From assembly GCA_963662585.1 (NCBI GenBank), contig OY759729.1, positions 1,859,866-1,923,865 on the forward strand: a stretch of DNA of 64,000 nucleotides, read 5' to 3'. This DNA is from Candidatus Cloacimonadales bacterium (GTDB lineage: Bacteria; Cloacimonadota; Cloacimonadia; Cloacimonadales; JAFGVF01). The position numbers and the translations under genes are program-made. The notes beneath the pieces were generated by a model, which worked only from the letters and a program-made list of their open reading frames with translations, was not told where the DNA came from and made no database searches. Shown here in pieces: positions 1 through 9,000 of this stretch. Positions within the stretch are counted from its first letter, which is position 1. Every line of letters begins with the position of its first letter.

Positions 1-2
1 CA

Positions 3-635
3 ATCAACTTGTTAAAGGAAGTTCCTGTAACAAAATTTGATGAGACAGTAGAAATTCATATGAATCTTGGTGTCGATCCTAGAAAAGCTGATCAGCAAAT
101 TAGAAGCTCACTTGTTCTTCCTCATGGAACTGGAAAACAAGTAAGAGTTTTAGTTTTTGCTGAAGGAGAAAAAGCAGACCAAGCTAAAGCAGCTGGTGCA
201 GAATTCGTTGGTGTCGATGAATATATTGACAAAATAACCAAAGATAGCTGGATGGAATTTGATACTGTGATAGCTACTCCAAATTTAATGGGTAAAATTG
301 GTAGATTAGGTAGAGTTCTCGGACCAAGAGGTCTTATGCCTAACCCTAAAGTTGGAACCGTTACAATGGATGTAGAAACAGCAGTAAGAGAAGCAAAGTC
401 CGGTAAAGTCGTATATAGGGTTGATAAATTTTCAAACATACATGTTCCTGCAGGCAAATTAAGTTTTGAAATGGGTAACATTAAAGAAAATTTAATCACA
501 ATTATTGCAGCAATTTTGAAAGATAGACCTTCAACAGTGAAAGGAACATTTATCAAAAGCATGACATTGACCTCAACCATGGGACCAGGTGTTAAACTTG
601 ATGTTGCAGGTGTAACCTTAGAAGCTAAATCATAG
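3..635 (+). CDS. rplA: 50S ribosomal protein L1, 5' end cut by window edge
   Basis: The frame is open from base 3. The product carries L1-like strings ([37 protein letters not shown]). About 25-30 N-terminal residues are missing relative to E. coli L1. It is followed by rplJ-rplL-rpoBC. Confidence 0.95.
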   Translation: MNLLKEVPVTKFDETVEIHMNLGVDPRKADQQIRSSLVLPHGTGKQVRVLVFAEGEKADQAKAAGAEFVGVDEYIDKITKDSWMEFDTVIATPNLMGKIGRLGRVLGPRGLMPNPKVGTVTMDVETAVREAKSGKVVYRVDKFSNIHVPAGKLSFEMGNIKENLITIIAAILKDRPSTVKGTFIKSMTLTSTMGPGVKLDVAGVTLEAKS

Positions 636-644
636 GAGAGGAAA

Positions 645-1154
645 ATGGTACAACCTTATAAAAAGAATTTAGTAAGTGAAATTAAAGAGCGACTTGACAG
701 TGCTAAAGCGATAGTCTTAGTAGATTATAAGGGAATTAATATTGAAGAAGTAGATCAACTTCGCAACAGATTTAGAAATAATGATGTTGATTATTTTGTT
801 CAGAAAAACACATTAGTTAAGATAGCACTTAATGAATTAGGAATCAAAGAATTAGATTCTTATTTAAAAGGACCAACCGGTGTAGCTGTCTGTAAAAGTG
901 ATGAAGTTTCTGCAGCAAGAGAAATGGCAACTTTCGTTAAAGAAGTTATGGAAGATAAGCCATTTCCAACATTCAAAGCTGGATTAGTTGATGGAGTATT
1001 ATATCTGAACGAAGATCTTAGTAAACTTTCTAAAATACCGTCTAGAGATGTATTGTTGGCTAAAATGTTTGGTAGCATGAAAGCCCCAATTTCAAGCTTC
1101 GTACGCTTAATTGATGCGATAGCTAAAAAAGACGAAGAAGCAAAAGCTGAATAA
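645..1154 (+). CDS. rplJ: 50S ribosomal protein L10
   Basis: 169-aa product with an L10-like N-terminus ([24 protein letters not shown]). AGGAGAGG RBS just upstream. Conserved position between rplA and rplL. Confidence 0.93.
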   Translation: MVQPYKKNLVSEIKERLDSAKAIVLVDYKGINIEEVDQLRNRFRNNDVDYFVQKNTLVKIALNELGIKELDSYLKGPTGVAVCKSDEVSAAREMATFVKEVMEDKPFPTFKAGLVDGVLYLNEDLSKLSKIPSRDVLLAKMFGSMKAPISSFVRLIDAIAKKDEEAKAE

Positions 1155-1177
1155 AAAATATAATCATGGAGGAATAC

Positions 1178-1543
1178 ATGTCCGATAAAAAACAGCAAAT
1201 TATTGATCTTGTAAAAGAGATGAGTGTAATGGAGTTATCCGAATTAGTTACTGAAATGGAAGAAATTTTTGGTGTATCAGCAGCAGCTGCTGTTGCTGTA
1301 GCTGCAGGACCTGCAGAAGCTGCAGAAGAACAAACAGAATTTGATGTTATTCTTGTAAGCGCAGGAGCCAAGAAAATTAATGTAATTAAAGCAGTAAGAG
1401 AAATCACCAAACTTGGTTTAAAAGAAGCTAAAGAAATGGTAGATACAGCTCCACAAAAAGTTGCTGAAGGCATTACTAAAGATGAAGCTGAAGCAATGAG
1501 AAAAACATTTGAAGACGCTGGTGCAACAGTAGAAGTCAAATAA
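1178..1543 (+). CDS. rplL: 50S ribosomal protein L7/L12
   Basis: Ala-rich hinge and a classic C-terminal domain ([42 protein letters not shown]). I start it at ATG 1178 (MSDKKQQ, GGAGG at 1168-1172) instead of the track ATG at 1166. Confidence 0.93.
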   Translation: MSDKKQQIIDLVKEMSVMELSELVTEMEEIFGVSAAAAVAVAAGPAEAAEEQTEFDVILVSAGAKKINVIKAVREITKLGLKEAKEMVDTAPQKVAEGITKDEAEAMRKTFEDAGATVEVK

Positions 1544-1570
1544 AACAATTAGAAACTAGTATAGATGGAA

Positions 1571-1604
1571 GTGAGCCGATAGGCTCATTTCCCTATTTTA
1601 TTTT
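1571..1604 (+). terminator. rplL-rpoB intergenic hairpin (attenuator or partial terminator)
   Basis: Stem TGAGCC (1572-1577) / GGCTCA (1582-1587) with loop GATA, followed by a T-rich tract TTTCCCTATTTTATTTT. An attenuator at this position is known from other bacteria. Confidence 0.55.
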
Positions 1605-1735
1605 AAGTTATTAGAAAACATAGTTTCGAAATCAATGCCTTGTTAAATGAGTTTAACTGATAAATGGTTTCGTTTTTTTGTTAAAAAAAACAACAGTCGA
1701 TCTTTAATCTATGAACATTATAAAGGAGTGGGCTT

Positions 1736-4700
1736 TTGAAAAAGTTCAAAAGTTATTCCAGAATATCCAAGAAATTTATCGAGTTGGGAATACCTCAAGT
1801 AGAAGTACCAAATCTTCTATCTATGCAGGTTGATTCTTTTGAAGATTTTATCCAAAAAGATGTTCATCCTCAACAGCGAAAGAATTTCGGATTACAAGCT
1901 GTTTTTGAGAATTTATTTCCCATAACAGACCCTAAAGAAAACTACGAGCTCGAATTTGTAGAATACCGAATCTTAAAAGAAAAATATTCAATTGATGAAT
2001 GTATAGAAAGAAATTTATCGTACCAAGTTCCCTTAAAAATTAAATTAAGATTAAAAGTCTATGAAGTTGAAGAAGATGAAAATTTTGATATCATAGTAGA
2101 GAGTGTCGGTAGTAATGTAAATGATGTAAAGCAGTTTTTGATAACAGGTTTGAATTGGGATGAAGTTTCAGCTACTAATATACTGGAAGCAGTAGAGACC
2201 AATGAAGATACAAACAGGATTATAAACTCTTGTGATGAAGCTGAAGATGCAAAACAAATTCTAAACACCTTAAAAACTTTCGGAGTAACAGGAAGAATCC
2301 AAAAGAGGATTGATAAAACAAGAACTCTGAGAGATATAATGGAACAAGAAGTTTTCTTAGGTGATATTCCTTTGATTACAGAGCAAGGTACTTTTGTAAT
2401 TAACGGAGCTGAAAGAGTTATTATATCACAATTACAACGCTCACCAGGTGTATATTTCTCAGAAGAGAAACACCCTAGTGGCAAGATGTTAATATCATCA
2501 AAAATAATTCCATATAATGGAAGCTGGTTGGAATTCCATATCGACATACATGATGTTGTTTATGTAAATATTGATAAAAGAAGAAAACTACCAGTATCAA
2601 TTCTCTTAAGATCTGTTGGCTATATTCCAGAAAACTATACTGAAATTCCGGAAGCAAGAGAGACCTTACGCCTTTCAGACGAGAAAGGAAATGTTTCTTT
2701 AAAAGCCAAAAACAGTTATTCTTACTTTGATATATATGACCCTCGTGAAGGTCATGAAGATAAACTGATAGTTTCAGCTAAAACTAAACTTAATAATGAA
2801 TTAGTAGAAGAATTATTAAGTGTGGGTATAATTGAGATTGATACTATTAGTAATAAGTACATATCTACAGACAGAGTTCTTAGAGATGTATTTTATGACA
2901 TCGAAGAGATGCCATTAGACAAAGCAGATAAGAGATTTACTGCTTATGAGATAATAGGTTCAGATGGTGTTTTACTTGCTGAAGCTAATACTCAGATTGA
3001 TAAAGATCTGATTACTGAGCTTACAGAAAAAGGTATTAAAACTGTTAAAGTAGTCTCTGAAGACAGTGACTTTAATCGTAAGATACTTGAAAAAACACTA
3101 TTAAAAGATCCTTCAAGGAATCAAGAAGAAGCTGCTCAAAAAATATATAGCTTAGTGAGACCTGGTGAAGATGAAGTTCCTATTGAAAATGCAATGGATC
3201 TAATTGATAAAATGTTCTTCAATTCTAAAAGATATAATCTTGGTAATGTTGGACGCCATAAGTTAAATGCTAAACTAGATTTTGAGCATGATTATGGTAC
3301 AAATGTCTTAACACAAAGAGATTTTACTGAAATTATTCAGTATATGATCAGTATCTTTAAAGACGAAAAAGATGTAGATGATATAGATCACCTTGCTAAC
3401 AGAAGAGTTAGAACAGTTGGTGAATTGTTAGAAGAACAATATAAAACAGGTCTTTCAATGATCGCAAGAATCGCCTTAGAAAGAATGGCTATAGCGAATC
3501 CTGATGAAGTTACAGTGCATGATTTAATTAATAGTAATGCTCTTATAACTGTCATTGATTCTTTCTTCTTAACAGGTCAGTTGTCGCAGTTCATGGACCA
3601 AACAAACCCACTTTCAGCCCTAACACACAAGAGAAGATTGTCTGCTTTAGGACCTGGTGGTTTAGCTCGTGATAGAGCAGGATTCGAAGTTCGTGATATT
3701 CATTATTCACATTATGGAAGAATCTGTCCTATCGAAACACCTGAAGGCCCAAGTATTGGACTTTTAAACTCACCTGCGATTTATTCTCGCATTAATGAGT
3801 TTGGTTTCTTAGAAACACCTTATATTAAGGTTGAAAATGGTGTGATTACGAGTAGAGTTGATTATTTAGATGCTCATGAAGAGGATAAATATATCATAGC
3901 TCAACATGTAAATATTGATGATAATTTAGTAATTACAGATAAATATGTATTTTGTCGTGAAAAAGATGAGTATGTCAATGTTACTCCTGAACAGATAGAT
4001 TACATTGATGTATCACCTCAACAAGTTGTATCAGTATCAGCAGCTCTAGTTCCTTTCTTGGAACATGATGATGCTAACCGTGCTTTGATGGGATCTAACA
4101 TGCAGAGACAGTCTGTGCCGTTATTGAATCCTCAAACTCCTATTATTGGTACAGGAATTGAGAAAATAGTAGCTCGTGAATCTGGTGCTGTTGTCTTGGC
4201 TCAATATGATGGGGAAGTTACTAGTGTGACTTCTGAATATATTGACATAAAGCCTGATTCAACAACAGATAATATTGATTTAATTGGAGATGAAAGAATT
4301 TATCTCAAGAAATATGTTAGATCAAACCAAGATACTTGTATTAACCAACGCCCAATCGTTAGTATTGGAGATAAGGTTAAAAAAGGACAACCAATATCTG
4401 ACGGACCTGGTGTCGAAGGCGATAGATTAGCCTTGGGTACAAATATGGTAGTTGCATTCATGCCTTGGTATGGATTCAACTATGAAGATGCTATTATTTT
4501 GAGTGAACATGTAGCTCGAAAAGATACACTTACTTCTATCTATATTGAAGAGTTAGAAGTTTTAGTTAGAGATTTAAAAAATGGTAAAGAAGAGTTAGCA
4601 AGTGATATTCCTAATGTCCCTGTTAATTCTTTAAGAAACTTAGATAAATCAGGTATTATCCGAGTTGGTTCAGTTATTACAGCAGGGGATATCATAGTTG

Positions 4701-5980
4701 GTAAAATTACACCAAAATCTGTGGAAATAGATCCTTCTCCTGAAGAGAATTTAATGCGTGCTTTATTCGGCGACAGAGCTGGAGATTATACTAATAGTTC
4801 ATTGAAAGCAAAACCTGGAATGGAAGGTGTTGTTCTTGATGTTAAAGTGTTCTCTCGTTATGAAGACATGATTGAATTTGAGGAAGACCATAAAGCTCAA
4901 ATAGCTAAACTCAAGAAAGATAATATTGAAAGAAAGAAAAAAATCGAAGCATTTAAGAAAGAAAAGCTTAGTGAACTCCTTATAGGTGAAGTAGCTAAGA
5001 ATATCGTTGATTCTAAAGATGGCAGATTTTATATTCTTTCCGGTAAGAAAATTACAGCATCTGATCTAGAAAAGATTAATTTTACTAGAGTTAATTTAGA
5101 TGTTGAAATGGTAGCAGATCCTGAGAAATATAGAGAAATTTACAGAACTGTAGCTTTAAAAGTTAATGAAGCTATGGAAGAGAGCGAAAATATCTATAAA
5201 AAATCAAGAGATAGAATTAAACATGGTGATGAACTTCCTTATGGTGTTCGCAAGATGGTTAAAGTCTATATTGCTAAGAAGAGAAAGATTCAAGTCGGCG
5301 ATAAGATGGCGGGACGACATGGTAACAAAGGTGTTATATCAATCGTAGCCCCAATTGAGGATATGCCATTCATGGGTGATGGTACTCCTGTGGATATCGT
5401 ATTAAACCCACTTGGTGTTCCTTCTCGTATGAATATTGGACAGATCATGGAGACTCACCTTGGTATGGCAGCAAAATCTTTAGGATTCCATGTGGAAACA
5501 CCTATTTTTGATGGTGCTAAAATTGAAGATATTGAAGCTGAACTTAGAGAAGCTAATTTACCTACTGATGGTAAACAAGTCTTATATGATGGAAAAACTG
5601 GTGAGCCTTTCAAAGAGAGAGTTACAGTTGGTGTTATGTATATGATGAAACTTAATCATTTGGTAGCAGATAAGATGCATGCCAGATCAACAGGACCATA
5701 TTCATTAATTACTCAACAACCTCTTGGCGGTAAAGCACAACATGGTGGACAGCGTCTCGGAGAGATGGAGGTATGGGCTTTAGAAGCTTATGGTGCCGCT
5801 CATCTTCTAGAAGAGATGTTAACTATCAAATCTGATGATGTTGATGGAAGAACTAATGCTTTTAAAGCAATAACAAATGGACAGAATCCACCTGCTCCAG
5901 GTACTCCTGAATCATTTAATGTCTTAATTAGTGAATTAAAGTCTCTTGCTTTTGATATAGAGTTCTTGAAAGATGAGTAG
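1736..5980 (+). CDS. rpoB: DNA-directed RNA polymerase subunit beta, with lineage-specific insertions
   Basis: 1414 aa. Contains the rifampicin-cluster sequence GQLSQFMDQTNPLSALTHKRRLSALGPGGL and the C-terminal GGQRLGEMEVWALEAYGAA. TTG start with AAGGAG 7 nt upstream. Confidence 0.98.
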   Translation: MKKFKSYSRISKKFIELGIPQVEVPNLLSMQVDSFEDFIQKDVHPQQRKNFGLQAVFENLFPITDPKENYELEFVEYRILKEKYSIDECIERNLSYQVPLKIKLRLKVYEVEEDENFDIIVESVGSNVNDVKQFLITGLNWDEVSATNILEAVETNEDTNRIINSCDEAEDAKQILNTLKTFGVTGRIQKRIDKTRTLRDIMEQEVFLGDIPLITEQGTFVINGAERVIISQLQRSPGVYFSEEKHPSGKMLISSKIIPYNGSWLEFHIDIHDVVYVNIDKRRKLPVSILLRSVGYIPENYTEIPEARETLRLSDEKGNVSLKAKNSYSYFDIYDPREGHEDKLIVSAKTKLNNELVEELLSVGIIEIDTISNKYISTDRVLRDVFYDIEEMPLDKADKRFTAYEIIGSDGVLLAEANTQIDKDLITELTEKGIKTVKVVSEDSDFNRKILEKTLLKDPSRNQEEAAQKIYSLVRPGEDEVPIENAMDLIDKMFFNSKRYNLGNVGRHKLNAKLDFEHDYGTNVLTQRDFTEIIQYMISIFKDEKDVDDIDHLANRRVRTVGELLEEQYKTGLSMIARIALERMAIANPDEVTVHDLINSNALITVIDSFFLTGQLSQFMDQTNPLSALTHKRRLSALGPGGLARDRAGFEVRDIHYSHYGRICPIETPEGPSIGLLNSPAIYSRINEFGFLETPYIKVENGVITSRVDYLDAHEEDKYIIAQHVNIDDNLVITDKYVFCREKDEYVNVTPEQIDYIDVSPQQVVSVSAALVPFLEHDDANRALMGSNMQRQSVPLLNPQTPIIGTGIEKIVARESGAVVLAQYDGEVTSVTSEYIDIKPDSTTDNIDLIGDERIYLKKYVRSNQDTCINQRPIVSIGDKVKKGQPISDGPGVEGDRLALGTNMVVAFMPWYGFNYEDAIILSEHVARKDTLTSIYIEELEVLVRDLKNGKEELASDIPNVPVNSLRNLDKSGIIRVGSVITAGDIIVGKITPKSVEIDPSPEENLMRALFGDRAGDYTNSSLKAKPGMEGVVLDVKVFSRYEDMIEFEEDHKAQIAKLKKDNIERKKKIEAFKKEKLSELLIGEVAKNIVDSKDGRFYILSGKKITASDLEKINFTRVNLDVEMVADPEKYREIYRTVALKVNEAMEESENIYKKSRDRIKHGDELPYGVRKMVKVYIAKKRKIQVGDKMAGRHGNKGVISIVAPIEDMPFMGDGTPVDIVLNPLGVPSRMNIGQIMETHLGMAAKSLGFHVETPIFDGAKIEDIEAELREANLPTDGKQVLYDGKTGEPFKERVTVGVMYMMKLNHLVADKMHARSTGPYSLITQQPLGGKAQHGGQRLGEMEVWALEAYGAAHLLEEMLTIKSDDVDGRTNAFKAITNGQNPPAPGTPESFNVLISELKSLAFDIEFLKDE

Positions 5981-6012
5981 AAATCGTTGGAACAGAAACG
6001 GAGGATTTCTCA

Positions 6013-9000
6013 GTGAATAGAAACATTAAACGAGAAAAAAAGATAGAAAATTATGATGCCGTTCGTATTCGTATTGCCTCTCCTGATGCAATAAGAAGTT
6101 GGTCTTATGGAGAAGTTGTCAAACCTGACACCTTAAACTACCGTACACTAAAACCGGAGAAAGATGGTCTTTTCTGTGAAAGAATATTTGGACCGGAAAA
6201 AGATTACGAATGCTCATGTGGAAAGTATAAGAAAAAAAGATTTGCCGGAACTATTTGTGACCGTTGTGGAGTTGAAGTAACTTCATCAAGAGTGAGAAGA
6301 ACAAGAATGGGACATATTGAATTAGCTGTTCCTGTTGCTCATATCTCTTTTGTTAAGAGTGCTCCAAGTAAAATTGGTACTCTCTTAGGGCTCACAATTA
6401 GTAATTTGGAGAAAATCTTAGTCTATGAATCTTATGTTGTCTTGAATCCAGGTGAACAAGATTATCAAGTAGGTGAGCTTATTGATACAGAAGAATTTTA
6501 TGAAGTTCGTGATCAAGTATCACGAGACACAGAATTCTCTGCAAAAATAGGTGCTGAAGCTGTTAAAGAGATGCTTCAAGCCTTAAATCTTGATGATATT
6601 GCTGCTGATTTAAGAACCCGTATCAAATGGGAAACATCTACTATGCGTAAGCAAAAGATGATTAAGCGTCTCAAAGTTGTAGAAGCTTTCAGACAATCAG
6701 GCAACAGACCTGAATGGATGATTTTAGAAGTATTACCAGTACTTCCTCCTACCTTAAGACCATTAGTTCCTCTTGATGGTGGAAGATTCGCCACAGCTGA
6801 CTTTAATGATTTATATAGAAGAGTTATAACAAGAAATAATAGATTAAAAGGTCTGATAGAAATCAGAGCCCCCGAGGTGATTCTTAGAAATGAAAAGAGA
6901 ATGCTTCAGGAAGCTGTTGATGCTTTAATAGATAACTCTAAAAAAGCTAGACCAGTTAAGGGTAGAGGAAACAGAGCTCTTAAGAGTCTTACTGATCAAC
7001 TTAAAGGTAAGCAAGGTCGTTTCCGTCAAAACCTTCTTGGTAAGCGTGTAGATTACTCTGGCCGTTCAGTTATTACAGTTGGACCACACTTAAAAATCTA
7101 CGAAATGGGTTTACCAAAAGAAATGGCTGTTGAATTATTCAAACCTTTCATTATTGAAAGATTAGAAAAAATGGGAACAGCAGAGAAGACCAAAACAGCT
7201 AAGAAGATGGTTGAGAAGAAACAACCTGAAATCTGGAAAATCTTAGAAGAAGTTGTTAGAGATTATCCAGTTATGCTTAATAGAGCTCCTACTCTTCATA
7301 GATTAGGTATTCAAGCTTTTATGCCAGTATTAACTGAAGGAAAGTCTTTACAATTGCATCCAATGGTTTGTACACCATTTAATGCTGACTTTGATGGTGA
7401 CCAGATGGGTTGCTATATCCCTCTATCTCAGGAAGCTAGAATGGAAGCTCGTGTCTTGATGTTATCTTCAAGAAACTTGTTACTTCCTGCCAGTGGACGC
7501 CTCGCTATGGCTCCTTCTCAAGATATCGTGCTTGGTTGCTTCTATTTAACAATGGAAGGAAGTCCTGAGCCCAAAGAAGAAGAAGCTGTAAGAAAACTCA
7601 AGTGGTTCGGAAGTGTAGAAGAGATGGTTAATCACTACGAACAAGAAGAAATGCTCTATGATCAAAAGAGAAATTCTGAAGAGAGAAGATTAGTAGACAT
7701 TGGCATGAGAACCTTAAATCTTCACACTTGGATTAGAATTAAAATTAAAGATAAATGGGTTGTAACTACAGTTGGTAGAGTGCTATTTAATTTAGCATTA
7801 CCTATAGAGATCCCATTCCAAAATAAAGTATTTGATAAAGGTTCATTGAATGACATCGCTATGGATTGCTTCCACAAAGTAGGACAATGGGAAACTGCTA
7901 TCTTCTTAGATAAGATGAAAGAAACAGGTTTCAAATATGCTACTCGGGCAGGAATTACCTTTAGTTTTGGTGATATCATTGTTCCTAAAAAGAAATACGA
8001 AATTATTGAAAATACTCAAAAAGTAGTTGATGAAATAAACGACACTTATAATATGGGTGTAATCACTGATAATGAGCGCTCTTCTCGTATCGTTGATAGC
8101 TGGAAGATTGCTACTGAAGAAGTTACTGATAGTCTAATGGATGAGTTGAAAATTAGTGAAGGTGGATATAACTCAATCTATATGATGTATCTATCCGGAG
8201 CTCGTGGTAGTAAGACTCAGATTAAACAGCTTGGTGGTATGCGTGGTCTAATGGACAAACCTTCTGCTAAGGGTGGTGGAAACGAAGTTATTGAAACACC
8301 AATTAAATCTAACTTTAAAGAAGGTTTAAGTGTGTTGGAATTCTTCATCTCTACTCATGGTTCTAGAAAAGGTCTTGCTGATACTGCCCTTAAAACTGCT
8401 GGTGCTGGTTACTTAACTAGAAGATTAGTTGATGTTGCTCAGAATGCTATGATTGTTGAAGATGACTGTGGTACCATTGATGGTATTATCATGTCAGCTT
8501 TGAAAGAAGGTAACGAAGTTATCGAATCCTTGAAAGATAGAATTGCTGGTAGAACTGCTGTTGATGATGTTGAAGATCCACGCACAGGACAAATTATTGT
8601 TCATGCTGGTGAAGAGATATCAACAGATATGGCAGAAGTAATTCAGAAACATGGTGTTTTAAGTGTTAGAGTTAGATCAGTGTTGACTTGTCAATCTGAG
8701 AAAGGTATTTGTGCTAAATGTTATGGTATAAATCTTTCAACTCACAAGCCGGTTGCAGCTGGAGAACCTGTTGGTATTATCGCTGCTCAATCAATCGGTG
8801 AACCAGGTACTCAGCTTACTCTAAGAACATTCCATATCGGTGGTACTGCTTCTACTGATGTTGACTCAGCTGCTGTTGAAGCTAAAAATGACGGTTATAT
8901 CAAATTTGAAAATGTTCAATTTGTTGTAAATAGCCAAGGTCAAATGATATCTTCATCTCACTTGGGTAAACTCTTCGTAGTTCCAGAACCTGATTCTGAG

